DNA of 60,691 bases, filler included, from an uncultured Methanosarcinales archaeon (GCA_964589485.1; 5 parts of 3 records of this genome joined end to end with filler, not necessarily neighbours in it), one strand, 5' to 3'. Shown: positions 39,223 to 49,554, counted from the whole stretch's first letter. Numbers and translations: made by a program. Notes: a model not told the origin generated them from the letters alone.

Positions 39223-39461
39223 GCCGAATAATATGCAAAAGGGTCATTAAGACACCGATGCGTATTATTGCCCGTCACGAGAGTACTCATGGGAGCTCAC
39301 GATGATAATCAAGCAAAGAACATGGGAGTTGGTGTTACGGGCAACAAAATTTAATACATGAACAAGTTTATATTCACATTTATCATTATTTCACAATTGT
39401 AAATTTAAATTAGGGAAATTTTCCTATTTTATAAGCTTGTTCTACATGGAGGAGATTCAAA
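39223..39461 (+). ncRNA. Candidate structured 5' leader RNA of dnaG
   Basis: Stems 39227-37/39259-69, 39268-75/39337-44, 39360-72/39430-42; TTTAAATA at 39193-39200 upstream. Confidence 0.5.
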
Positions 39462-40132
39462 ATGGGAAAAATTAGCCCTGTCGCAGCAAAATATATCATT
39501 CATTCTACAATTAATATAGATGGAGTAGTAGATAGACCAGATGTAATCGGAGCTATCTTTGGTCAAACTGAAGGACTTTTAGGAGCAGATCTAGAACTTA
39601 GAGAGCTTCAAAGAAGTGGAAGAATTGGTAGAATTGAGGTTAACGTAGATGCAAAAGCTGGTAAAACTAACGGTGAAATATTTATTCCTAGTAGCTTAGA
39701 TAAAGCTGAAACAGCTATAGTTGGAGCAGCACTTGAAATAATTCAAAGAATAGGTCCTTGTAATGCTAATATTGCAGTTCAAAACATTGAAGATGTAAGA
39801 ATTAGTAAAAGGGAGTTAGTTGTATCAAGAGCTAAGCAACTTTTAAAGAATTTAATGGATAAAGTTATGCCAGATAGTCAAGAATTGGCTGATGAAGTAG
39901 CTTATTCAGTAAGAGTAATGGAAATTCAAACTTACGGAACAGATAGACTTCCTGCAGGTCCATCTATTGATGAAAGTGATGAAATTATTGTAGTTGAAGG
40001 TAGAGCTGATGTTTTAACTTTGTTAAAACATGGTATAAAAAACTCTATAGCTATGAATGGATCAAGCGTTCCACAAACTATAATTGAACTATCTAAACAA
40101 AAAATAGTTACTGTATTTGTAGATGGTGATAG
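39462..40132 (+). CDS. dnaG: Archaeal DnaG (TOPRIM; 3' end lost in gap)
   Basis: [51 protein letters not shown]. Confidence 0.96.
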
Positions 40133-40232
40133 NNNNNNNNNNNNNNNNNNNNNNNNNNNNNNNNNNNNNNNNNNNNTTAATTAATTAANNNNNNNNNNNN
40201 NNNNNNNNNNNNNNNNNNNNNNNNNNNNNNNN
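40133..40232. other. Artificial contig spacer
   Basis: N44-TTAATTAATTAA-N44. Confidence 0.99.
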
Positions 40233-40315
40233 GCTAATTTTAATAATTTTCTAATTCTTCCTACTGAAGTTAACTTTTCAATTTCTGCATATGGGATAAA
40301 TTCTAATGATAACAC
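40233..40315 (-). CDS. DUF2073 (OapB-like) protein, N-terminal fragment
   Basis: GAGGTG SD then GTG: (M)LSLEFIPYAEIEKLTSVGRIRKIIKI; follows the Era-like GTPase as in the oap operon. Confidence 0.65.
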
Positions 40316-40328
40316 ATTTAACACCTCT

Positions 40329-40961
40329 TTATTTACTCAAAGCAAATAATGCTTCGTAAAATTCATCTACGTTGTTTCCGTGTTTAGCGCTAACTCCAAC
40401 AACTTTATATTGTGGGAAAGCTGCTTCTATTCTTTTCATGTTAGATTTTTTTAAATCTATTTTGTTTGCAACTATTAAAACAGGAACATCTCTTGCAGCA
40501 AGATTTCCTATGATTGTAATATTTACTTGTGTATATGGATCTTTTGTGCTATCTAGTACAACTAAAACCATATCCATGTCATCTAGCCATTTGATTGCGT
40601 CAATTATTCCTTTAGTAGCTTCCTTTGCTCTAGATTTTGCTTCATCTTCTTTCATACCTTTTTTGATAAAATCTTCATAATCAATCCTTGTAGAAATTCC
40701 TGGTGTATCTACTAAGTTAAAAGAAAGTTCTTTTCCTTTAGATCTGATATTTATTTGCTCTTTAACTTGGATTTCTCTTGTTTCATGGGCCATTGAAGAA
40801 ACACTTCCCATTTTTTCACCAAGCCAATCTTCGCAAACTCTATTTGCAAGTGTTGTTTTTCCACCATTTGGTGGGCCATATAAACCTAATTTAACGTGCT
40901 TTCTTCCTTTAAAAATATTCTTTATAACTTTATTAATGAATTTTTTGATAAAATCTAACAT
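40329..40961 (-). CDS. Era-like small GTPase (OapA-like)
   Basis: GPPNGGKT, HETR, DTPG, EATKG, NKID. Confidence 0.88.
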   Translation of the reverse strand: MLDFIKKFINKVIKNIFKGRKHVKLGLYGPPNGGKTTLANRVCEDWLGEKMGSVSSMAHETREIQVKEQINIRSKGKELSFNLVDTPGISTRIDYEDFIKKGMKEDEAKSRAKEATKGIIDAIKWLDDMDMVLVVLDSTKDPYTQVNITIIGNLAARDVPVLIVANKIDLKKSNMKRIEAAFPQYKVVGVSAKHGNNVDEFYEALFALSK

Positions 40962-41074
40962 ACATCTCCCTCTAGTATTTATTAAATATTGGACTAGTGT
41001 TGTATTTATATAGTTTTCGATATTATAATTGTTATTCGAAACCTATTTAAATTAACGAATTGCTTTTAAAATAT

Positions 41075-42157
41075 ATGACAACTCAGCATGAAATTTTAGA
41101 ATTAACTCAGAAACTAATTACCTTTAAAACTACATCTAATGATGATCTTTCTATTGACCATTGTTTGGATTTTATTGTAGATTATTTTAATGAAAGTAAC
41201 GTCTATATAAAAAGATTTCAAAGACAAGATACAAGGCCATGTCTTGTGATTACTTTAAAAAGAACAAAAAAACCAATTGTTTTTTTTAATGGACATATAG
41301 ATGTAGTTGAAGGGGATGATTCTTTATTTAAATCAAAAATTAAAGATGGAAAGTTAACTGGGAGAGGTAGTAATGATATGAAATCTGAAGTTGCTGCTTT
41401 TATGGTTTTAATGAAAGATTTAGCAAAACTTGATAATCCTCCTTCTGTAGGGCTTATGGTTGTTTCAGATGAAGAAATTGCAGGAGAGGAAGGAACTTCT
41501 TTTCTTTTGAAAAAAAGAGGTTATTCTTGTAAATTTGCGATTACAGGAGAACCAACAATGTTTAATGTAGAAGTTAAACATAAAACTCTTTGTTTTATTA
41601 AAATAATTGTTAAAGGAAAATCTGCTCATTCTTCTAGACCTTGGCTCGGGGAAAATGCAATTGAAAATTTAGTTCATGTTTATAATGAACTTAAAAAAAA
41701 GTTTAATAAAATTAGTAGAAGTAGAAAATGGAATCATAGTTGTGTAATGACTAATGTTAAGGCAATAGGAGATCCTAATGTAATTCCTTCTTTAGCTGAA
41801 GCTTTACTTGATATTAGATTAACTGAAAAATCAGATCCAAATAAAGTATTACAATTAATTAAAGAACTTGGTGGAGAAGGAGAAATATTGGCAACAAAAC
41901 CAATGTTATTCACGGAAGAAACAAATGAATATGTTCAAAGTTTAAGAAATATTTCTCAAGAACATTTATCTAAGAGGGTAAAATTCACTAGAAGTTGCGG
42001 TAGTTCTGATACTCATCATTTTTCTGATATAGGAATTCCTGCAGTTAATTTTGGAATTACTGGTGGGCATCATCATACGGATAAAGAATATGTTAGGTAT
42101 AAATTATTTCATAAGTATTATGATATTTTGAAAGAATTTGTAGAAAAACATTGTTAA
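41075..42157 (+). CDS. M20-family peptidase/deacylase (DapE/ArgE-like)
   Basis: GHIDVV, GRGSNDMK, DEE, GEPT, G.SAHSS, HTDKE; probable ATG at 41075. Confidence 0.92.
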   Translation: MTTQHEILELTQKLITFKTTSNDDLSIDHCLDFIVDYFNESNVYIKRFQRQDTRPCLVITLKRTKKPIVFFNGHIDVVEGDDSLFKSKIKDGKLTGRGSNDMKSEVAAFMVLMKDLAKLDNPPSVGLMVVSDEEIAGEEGTSFLLKKRGYSCKFAITGEPTMFNVEVKHKTLCFIKIIVKGKSAHSSRPWLGENAIENLVHVYNELKKKFNKISRSRKWNHSCVMTNVKAIGDPNVIPSLAEALLDIRLTEKSDPNKVLQLIKELGGEGEILATKPMLFTEETNEYVQSLRNISQEHLSKRVKFTRSCGSSDTHHFSDIGIPAVNFGITGGHHHTDKEYVRYKLFHKYYDILKEFVEKHC

Positions 42158-43707
42158 ATTTCGTTTCCTGTATAAGCACTTACTCTAACTTTTCTAATTC
42201 CGTGTTGACCTTTAAACTCTATTTCATATATTGGTAGGTAAATTAACTCACAATGTATAATTTCACTTTTGAACTTTTCTTCAATGTATTTATTGATTTT
42301 GCTAGGGTCGTGATTAGTTGTACTTTTTGCTTCCATTTCTTTTTCATGTATATTTATTTTCATAGAATAATCTGAAATGTTGTTGCTTATTTCTTTACTT
42401 CCTAACTTAAATACTCCTTTATTTGAAATTAATGTATTTTTTTTAGCATTTACATATAAGTAATAGTTTTTAAATCCAAATAAACTTTTAATCCTTGCTT
42501 GTATTTTAAAAATAGGGGTTAAAATAAGTTCATGTGATTTATATTCTTCATCTTCACCGAAATAAAAGAATTTTTTCTTTTGCTTTTTTTTAATTAATTC
42601 TTCTATTTCATAGTTTAATGGAAATATTTTTATTAGTTTTTTTTGAAATATATTTATTTTTTTAGTTAAAGTTCCAATTTCATTTTCAGATAATGTTTTG
42701 TGGATGCTTTTTAATTTTAAACTTTTTATTTTTTTAATTGTATTATATTCATCAGGACAATAAATATAGAATTCTCCTATCTTTAGTTTAGATAAATCTA
42801 AATTACCTATAACATTTTTAACTTTTGCCAGATCTTGTTTTGTTGTTAATCTTCCTACTCCCCAAGTTCCAAATTGAGCAAATGCTTTGTAATCTATATC
42901 TCCTGGGTTTTGAGTTGCAGCCATACAACCAACTCCATATTTTCTTGCCTGTTTGAATATTTGTTTTAAAATATCTTTAGATGCTGGTTTAACAGAACCT
43001 GCAGGAATAAATTGTTCAATTTCATCAATAAAAAATAATGCTTGTAGTTTTTTACTTGGATTATGTAACATCCATTGGTACAATTGTGTCGAAAGCATTG
43101 CAATAAAACATTTTTTGGTTGCTTCATCTCTTAATGTATTTATGTATATTACACTTATTTTATTTTTTAATAAATTATTAATATCTAAAGGAGTACCTGA
43201 ATTAAAAAGTAAAGCATTTTTGCCAATAGTAAACGATTTTAATTTCCTAATTAAATTTTTAACTTCGCTTTTAACATAAAAGTCACTTTCTTCAGAATCA
43301 TTTATTTTTTCAATTAAATCTTCAAAATTCTTTATTTTATTGTTTGAAAGAACTTCATAAATTAAGTATTTAGCATTGTTAAATTTTGTACTTTCTTGTT
43401 TATATCCTGCAAATTCAGTTATAGTAGATGAAACATTATCAATTGTTTCTTCATCATCGCAATATTTGAAAGGGTTTAATGAAAGATGTATGCCACGAGT
43501 TGAAGCCGGTGTATATATTTTAGCATTTTTTATGCTAGCTAAATCTCCTTGAGAATCAATTAATATTGTCGGAACATTTGCTTCTTCTATAACGCTTTTA
43601 CAAAAAACTGTTTTGCCACTTCCGCTAGCACCTAATGCAATAAAATGTTTTTTTAAGTTTTCTTTATTGTATTTTAAAGGTTTATTATTTTCTGTTCCAA
43701 TGATCAT
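42154..43707 (-). CDS. HerA/FtsK-superfamily ATPase (DUF87/DUF853-like)
   Basis: Walker A GASGSGKT, IDSQGD, Walker B FFIDE, ARKYG, ATQNP. Confidence 0.85.
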   Translation of the reverse strand: MIIGTENNKPLKYNKENLKKHFIALGASGSGKTVFCKSVIEEANVPTILIDSQGDLASIKNAKIYTPASTRGIHLSLNPFKYCDDEETIDNVSSTITEFAGYKQESTKFNNAKYLIYEVLSNNKIKNFEDLIEKINDSEESDFYVKSEVKNLIRKLKSFTIGKNALLFNSGTPLDINNLLKNKISVIYINTLRDEATKKCFIAMLSTQLYQWMLHNPSKKLQALFFIDEIEQFIPAGSVKPASKDILKQIFKQARKYGVGCMAATQNPGDIDYKAFAQFGTWGVGRLTTKQDLAKVKNVIGNLDLSKLKIGEFYIYCPDEYNTIKKIKSLKLKSIHKTLSENEIGTLTKKINIFQKKLIKIFPLNYEIEELIKKKQKKKFFYFGEDEEYKSHELILTPIFKIQARIKSLFGFKNYYLYVNAKKNTLISNKGVFKLGSKEISNNISDYSMKINIHEKEMEAKSTTNHDPSKINKYIEEKFKSEIIHCELIYLPIYEIEFKGQHGIRKVRVSAYTGNEI

Positions 43708-43742
43708 AATAAATAAAAAGAAAAGAAGGTATAAAAAAGTTT

Positions 43743-45170
43743 CTAATACCTATAATGTTCAGGCTTGTAAGGGCCGTCAACTTTAACCCCTATGTAGTCT
43801 GCTTGTTCTTTACTTAGTTGAGTTAATTTTGCACCTAATTTTGCCAAGTGTAATCTTGCAACTTCCTCATCTAATTCTTTTGGAAGTAAATAAACTCCAA
43901 CTTTTCTGTTATTTTGTTGTAAGTCGATTTGAGCTAAAACCTGGTTAGTAAAGCTGTTACTCATTACAAAACTTGGATGACCAGTTGCACAACCTAAATT
44001 AATAAGACGACCTTCGGCTAGTAAATAAATGCTTTTTCCATCGGGAAAAGTATATCTGTGTACTGGACATTCTATTCCTTTAATTTCTTCTTTTTTTATT
44101 CCTGGGTAATTATCTAATTTATCTACTTGGATTTCGTTGTCAAAGTGTCCAATGTTACATACTATTGCTTGATCTTTCATTTTACTCATATGCTCTGCTG
44201 TAATTATATCTTTATTTCCTGTTGTAGTAACAAAAATATCTACGTGTGGCAAAGCATCTTCTATTGTCGTAACTTTAAAACCTGACATACATGCTTGTAA
44301 TGCACAAATCGGATCTATTTCGCTTACCATAACTTGTGCTTTTTCATTTGCTAAAGATTCAGCGCATCCTTTTCCAACATCACCATAACCGCAAACCATT
44401 GCTGTCTTTCCTGATATTAAAACATCCATTGCTCTTTTTATGCCGTCTATTAAAGAATGTCTGCATCCATAAATGTTATCGAATTTACTTTTAGTCACTG
44501 AATCATTAACGTTAATTGCAGGAAATAATAATTCGCTTTTTTCTAACATTTGGTATAATCTATGAACACCTGTTGTTGTTTCTTCTGAAACTCCTTTAAT
44601 TTCTGAAACAAATTTAGTCCATTTTTGGTTATCTTTCTCAAATTGTTCTTTTAAGTTTAACATTAATTCTTTAAAATCTTCACCTTCGTTAGAATGATCT
44701 TTTTTTAATATGGAATGGTTTTTTTCGATTTCAACTCCTTTGTGGATCATCATTGTTGCGTCTCCGCCATCATCTACAATTAAAGTAGGACCTTTTCCGT
44801 TAAAATCTAAAGCTCTTTCGGTACACCACCAATATTCTTTTAGAGTTTCACCTTTCCATGCAAACACTGGAACGCCTGATTTAGCAATCGCAGCTGCTGC
44901 ATGGTCTTGGGTAGAGAAAATGTTGCATGATGCCCATCTAACTTCTGCTCCCAATTCAGTTAATGTTTCAATTAAAACTGCTGTTTGAATTGTCATATGT
45001 AGTGAACCCATTATTCTTGCACCTGATAATGGTTTATCTTTTCCATATTTTTGTCTAGTTGCCATTAATCCTGGCATTTCTTTTTCTGCAATTTCGATTT
45101 CCTTTCTTCCAAAATCTGCTAAACTTAAATCTTTTACACAATAATTATCAGTTTTATCCATTATTATCAC
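43743..45170 (-). CDS. ahcY: Adenosylhomocysteinase
   Basis: [49 protein letters not shown]. Confidence 0.98.
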   Translation of the reverse strand: MIIMDKTDNYCVKDLSLADFGRKEIEIAEKEMPGLMATRQKYGKDKPLSGARIMGSLHMTIQTAVLIETLTELGAEVRWASCNIFSTQDHAAAAIAKSGVPVFAWKGETLKEYWWCTERALDFNGKGPTLIVDDGGDATMMIHKGVEIEKNHSILKKDHSNEGEDFKELMLNLKEQFEKDNQKWTKFVSEIKGVSEETTTGVHRLYQMLEKSELLFPAINVNDSVTKSKFDNIYGCRHSLIDGIKRAMDVLISGKTAMVCGYGDVGKGCAESLANEKAQVMVSEIDPICALQACMSGFKVTTIEDALPHVDIFVTTTGNKDIITAEHMSKMKDQAIVCNIGHFDNEIQVDKLDNYPGIKKEEIKGIECPVHRYTFPDGKSIYLLAEGRLINLGCATGHPSFVMSNSFTNQVLAQIDLQQNNRKVGVYLLPKELDEEVARLHLAKLGAKLTQLSKEQADYIGVKVDGPYKPEHYRY

Positions 45171-45298
45171 CTGTTTTGAGGAAAAATTGTTTACTTATAT
45201 ATTTATTCTTAGATTAATTGAGAATATGTTGCTTTTAATAATAAATGTATAGTTTTATTACACAACTTTTATAAATAATCTGGACATATGTCTATTTT

Positions 45299-45712
45299 AT
45301 GTTAAAATTAGATGCAAAAGATCATAAAATAATTAATGTTTTACGAGAAAATTCTAGACTAAGTATTAGAGATATTGCTAAAAAAACAAAGTTAAGACCT
45401 AGTACTATTCATATTAGGATTAAAAAATTAATTGAAAGTTGTGTAATTGAAAAATTTACATTAAAACTAAATGATACTTTAATTGATGAAAATTTTATAG
45501 TTTATATGTTAATTTCAACAGATAAAAAAATAAATGACTTTTCTAATAAAGCAATAAAAGAAGTTTATGGTATTACTGGTGAATATGACTTAATTTTAAA
45601 AATGAAATTTAAAAGTATAAATGAATTTAATGATTTTGTAATTAAATTTAGAGATAAACATAAACTTGGAAAAACATTAACTATGGTTGCAACAGTTAAG
45701 ATTAAAGATTAA
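45299..45712 (+). CDS. Lrp/AsnC-family transcriptional regulator
   Basis: LD.KD.KI...NSR....IAK HTH; ITGEYD. Confidence 0.92.
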   Translation: MLKLDAKDHKIINVLRENSRLSIRDIAKKTKLRPSTIHIRIKKLIESCVIEKFTLKLNDTLIDENFIVYMLISTDKKINDFSNKAIKEVYGITGEYDLILKMKFKSINEFNDFVIKFRDKHKLGKTLTMVATVKIKD

Positions 45713-45781
45713 AAAAGGCAATTATAACCTGTATATTTAAATATAGGTGTTTCATTTTATCTTATAAAGAGGTGATTTTTA

Positions 45782-45994
45782 ATGGAAAATAAAAGTGTTA
45801 ATCTATTTGTTGTTTTCATTATGTTAGCTAGTTTAGTTTTTGCTTATAACGGTCTGATGCAACAGTCTATGATTCATTTGTTGAGCGCTTTGTATGCTTT
45901 AGTTCTTGGTGTATTGATTATTTTAGTTTTACCAAGTGGAAAAACTAAGTCTTCAAGTAAAAGATCTAAATCAACTAAAAGAAAAAGAAAATAA
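45782..45994 (+). CDS. Small two-TM membrane protein with basic tail
   Basis: GAGGTG SD, TATA-like box upstream, two hydrophobic helices. Confidence 0.7.
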   Translation: MENKSVNLFVVFIMLASLVFAYNGLMQQSMIHLLSALYALVLGVLIILVLPSGKTKSSSKRSKSTKRKRK

Positions 45995-46051
45995 TTTTTT
46001 TCTTTATTTTTTTTAGAAATATTTATATAATTTAATGAATACTTCTTTATT

Positions 46052-46246
46052 ATGAAAAAAGTAGCATTAATATTAGTAATTCTTCTTGTTTTAGCTCTAC
46101 CTTTTGTTTTCTTTAACAAAGGAAATGATTTACTTGAAGAAAAAGGTTACAATGCTGAAGTAACTGAAAAGATAGAAGTTTTTTCTGTAAATGAAAAATA
46201 TGTTTCAAATGATTTTGATTCAGTAGAAGTTATTCGTTCTAACTAA
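46052..46246 (+). CDS. Small secreted/membrane-anchored hypothetical protein
   Basis: MKK plus hydrophobic helix; TTTATATA upstream. Confidence 0.6.
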   Translation: MKKVALILVILLVLALPFVFFNKGNDLLEEKGYNAEVTEKIEVFSVNEKYVSNDFDSVEVIRSN

Positions 46247-46736
46247 ATATATTCTTAACTTTTCTTGCGAGTGTTTGTTTATATGCTATATGCACATTTC
46301 CTTCATAAACTCCCATAGTTGCATCATTTGGAATTTGTGCAGTTATTCCAATATTTGTATCTTGACTAATTAATAATTTATTTGTGTCTGTTTGAAGAAA
46401 TTCTTTTACGTCTCCAGTTATTTCAATGTAAGCTTTTGCTGGTTGTGCGTTACTTAGACTTAATTTAATTTCTCTTTTAACTCTAGACCCTGGAGCTAAT
46501 ATTCCATAATCTAATTTTTGTTTATCGATTTGTTCAATGTTAAAATTATTACTTATTTCTATTTTCACAGGTATATTGAATTCCGCTAATGTTTTATACG
46601 GTAGAAAGAATAAAGATGCTGCTAATAAGACAATTCCTGCTATTACTAATATATTAACATCTTCATCATCATATTTTGGTTGTTTCCATGACATTAACAT
46701 TAATATTGTAATTGTGTATTTAAAATTTACTATCAA
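46239..46736 (-). CDS. Single-TM hypothetical protein (start uncertain)
   Basis: One TM then beta-rich domain (LDYG...PG, G.YEG.V). Confidence 0.6.
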   Translation of the reverse strand: MIVNFKYTITILMLMSWKQPKYDDEDVNILVIAGIVLLAASLFFLPYKTLAEFNIPVKIEISNNFNIEQIDKQKLDYGILAPGSRVKREIKLSLSNAQPAKAYIEITGDVKEFLQTDTNKLLISQDTNIGITAQIPNDATMGVYEGNVHIAYKQTLARKVKNIFS

Positions 46737-47210
46737 ATAACGCTTTACCTAGTCTTATTATTGTGGAACCTGCTTTAATGGCATTTTCATAATCATTACT
46801 CATTCCCATTGAAAGTTCCTTTAGTTTATACTTAATTTGTAGTTTTTTCATTGTTTTAAAATAATTCATATTATTTTTTTCTTTTCCAATAAACATTAAT
46901 CCTATTAAATTAAGGTTTGTTAATTTTTTACATTCTTTAACTAAATTATTTAAATTTTCTATTAAGCATCCATTTTTTTGTGGTTCCTCTGTTAAATTTA
47001 CTTGAATCATAATTTTTATAGGTTTATTCCTTTTATTGATTTCTTTAGCTAATTCTGCAGAATCAATTGTTTGTATGCAATCGAATATATCTAGAGCTTT
47101 ATTGATTTTATTTTTTTGAAGTTTTCCTATTAAATGAAGTTCAATTTTTAATTCTTTATATGTTTGTATTTTGTTAAATGCTTCTTGTACATAATTTTCT
47201 CCAAATAATA
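46720..47210 (-). CDS. YggS/PROSC PLP homeostasis protein (5' end lost in gap)
   Basis: Frame extends to the gap: FGENYVQE, HLIGKLQKNK, IQVN, GLM, LSMGMS.DY..AI..GST.IRLG. Confidence 0.93.
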
Positions 47211-47310
47211 NNNNNNNNNNNNNNNNNNNNNNNNNNNNNNNNNNNNNNNNNNNNTTAATTAATTAANNNNNNNNNNNNNNNNNNNNNNNNNNNNNNNNNN
47301 NNNNNNNNNN
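47211..47310. other. Artificial contig spacer
   Basis: N44-TTAATTAATTAA-N44. Confidence 0.99.
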
Positions 47311-48331
47311 CATCGCTATTGGCTGAAATACATAGATTTGGCTCTATGTCTTTTTTTATTTTTTCTAACTCTTTTTCACTAACCATATCGATTTTATTAA
47401 TTACAGTAATTCCAGGAATGTATGCTTTATTTTTTTCAATTACATCAATTAATTCATCAGGGGAAATATCATTTCTTACAACTACTTGCGCATTTGCAAT
47501 TTTATATTCTCTTAAAATATCTTTAACTGTTTCTTTAGTAAGTTTAGTTAATTTAACTGTACAACCAAAGTCAATACCGCCTTTTTCAACTTTTTTTATT
47601 TTTACATCTGGTTTTTTTTGATTTACTCTTATATGAGTATCGTATACTTCTTTTTGTATAACTTTATAATTATTTGGTCTAGTTGCATCTACTAAAAATA
47701 ATATTAAGTCTGCATTTTGCATTACACTTAAAACTTCTTTACCTCTTCCTGTTCCTACTGCAGCACCTTCAACTATTCCTGGAACATCTAATATTTGTAT
47801 TTTAGCATCTTTATAATTTAACATTCCTGGAATAACATCTAATGTTGTAAATTCATATGCTCCAATTTCACTATTAGCGTTAGTTAATTTGTTTAATAAT
47901 GTGGATTTTCCTACTGAAGGAAAACCAATTAAAATAACTGAAGCGTCTCCTGATTTTTTAACTGTATATCCTTGACCTTTATTTCCTGATGAAGCTCTTT
48001 GGCTTAATCTGTCCTTTAACCTTGCTAGTTTTGCTTTATATAACCCGATTGCATGTTGAGTTTTTTTGTTATATTTAGTAGTAGAAATTCTTTTTTCAAG
48101 CTCTTTAATTTCATCTAAAATTTTATCTCTTTTATTTTTACTGTCTTTATCTTCTACTGGTTTTCCTTTTTCTACTTTTTTCTTTTTTTTATTTAAAATT
48201 TTTTCTTCTTCAACTTTTTCTCTATCTTCTTTTATTTGAGAAATATCTGGAGTTTCTTCTTTTTTAGAAACTATACCTTTTTTTTCTTTTTCCAATTGCT
48301 TTAATCTTTTTTTTGTGATTCTAATGGTCAT
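47311..48331 (-). CDS. DRG/Rbg-family OBG GTPase (3' end lost in gap)
   Basis: KYNKKT, GFPSVGKS, YEFTTL, DVPG, NKID; extra Lys/Glu-rich N-terminus. Confidence 0.94.
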
Positions 48332-48416
48332 GTAACAAGAACTAAATCTATTGTATATAAATTTAATTATATATATCTGGCAAACTTTTATAAATACATT
48401 TACTTATAACATATAA

Positions 48417-48983
48417 ATGAAGGACATAATCTTAACTTATTTTGATTTTTTTCAAAATTTGTTTTCTACATTTTTTGGGGATTTTTTGGTAGCTTTAATT
48501 ATTTTATTAATTGGGTTACTTATTGGAAGAATTGTGGAAAAGTTTACAAGTAAATTTCTTAGAACTTTAGATTTAGATGGTTTGATTGGGAAAGCGGCAG
48601 GATTGAAATTTTCATTAGAATCTTTTATTTCACATGCGATTTCTTACGGTGTATATTTTATTGCTATAGTAATGACTTTAGGCAAATTAGGGATAGCTAC
48701 TACTGTATTACATATAATTGTTGCAGGTGGTGTGGTATTTTTAGTAATTGCAATTTTATTATCTGTGAAAGATTTTATTCCTAATTTTGTAGGTGGTATT
48801 GTTATTTTTAGAAAAAAATTATTTAAAGTTGGTGATTATATTGAAATTAATGGAATTGAAGGAAAAATTGTTCATATTTCTTTTTTAGAAACTCAAATTA
48901 AAGATAAAAATAAAGATGTAATTTATTTGCCAAATTCAGTTGTTATGAAGAATAAACTTTTAGTTAAAGATTTTCCAAAATAG
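48417..48983 (+). CDS. Short MscS-family mechanosensitive channel protein
   Basis: TMs then NFVGG...FKVGDYIEI.G.EG.I...T...LPNS. Confidence 0.88.
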   Translation: MKDIILTYFDFFQNLFSTFFGDFLVALIILLIGLLIGRIVEKFTSKFLRTLDLDGLIGKAAGLKFSLESFISHAISYGVYFIAIVMTLGKLGIATTVLHIIVAGGVVFLVIAILLSVKDFIPNFVGGIVIFRKKLFKVGDYIEINGIEGKIVHISFLETQIKDKNKDVIYLPNSVVMKNKLLVKDFPK

Positions 48984-49215
48984 TAACAACATTCCAAATT
49001 TGTGTTCTTGCATATTGGTCTATATTAGTATCATCACTTATCTCATCTAATTCGTGAAGAGCTTTATTGATTCTGATGGAATGTTCTTTATCTTCTTTTA
49101 AAGAATCTATAGTTGTTTGAATTTTATTTTTTATATTTCTAGGAACAGTTAAATCTTCTTGAAGTTCATGCAAAACATTAATGACTTCTTTAATACTCTC
49201 TTCAGTTGAACTCAT
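48964..49215 (-). CDS. UPF0147 family protein
   Basis: D.TVPRNI...LDEISDD.N...RTQIWN. Confidence 0.9.
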   Translation of the reverse strand: MSSTEESIKEVINVLHELQEDLTVPRNIKNKIQTTIDSLKEDKEHSIRINKALHELDEISDDTNIDQYARTQIWNVVTILENL

Positions 49216-49226
49216 TCTAAACTCCT

Positions 49227-49553
49227 TTATTTTTTCAATTTATCCATAACTTCGCTTTGCATTTCTTTGGATTTTTCTTTCATTTTAACTTCTTGATTTT
49301 CTAAAGTTTTAATTCTTATTTCAGCACTTTCTTTTTTTTGAGCTAAATCTTTTTTTAAAGTTTCTTTATCGGTATTAATCATAATATTTCCTATGATTTT
49401 ATAACTTTTTTCTGATTTGTCTAATTCTTCTAATGCTGAATTTATTTCAAGAAGTTGAGATTGGAATTGTTGTCTTTGTAATGCGAACTGTTGAATGCTT
49501 TGTTCAATCATTTGCATTTGTTGTAATTTTTCTTGTGTTTTATTTTCTTCCAT
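49227..49553 (-). CDS. pfdB: Prefoldin beta subunit
   Basis: Coiled coil, ALEEL, YKIIGNIMI, RIKTLE.Q. Confidence 0.93.
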   Translation of the reverse strand: MEENKTQEKLQQMQMIEQSIQQFALQRQQFQSQLLEINSALEELDKSEKSYKIIGNIMINTDKETLKKDLAQKKESAEIRIKTLENQEVKMKEKSKEMQSEVMDKLKK

Positions 49554-49554
49554 T

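Noticed and set aside
39223..39345. Possible RNase P RNA, SRP RNA or 5S rRNA
   Set aside because: No GAGGAAAGUCC, SRP helix-8 or 5S signature on either strand that I could find
39462..40961. dnaG region next to oapA/oapB suggesting a replication origin
   Set aside because: The genes are on different contigs joined by a spacer; no ORB-like repeats or cdc6 seen
45171..45298. Possible SAH/SAM riboswitch upstream of ahcY
   Set aside because: Short, very AT-rich divergent promoter region with no convincing stems
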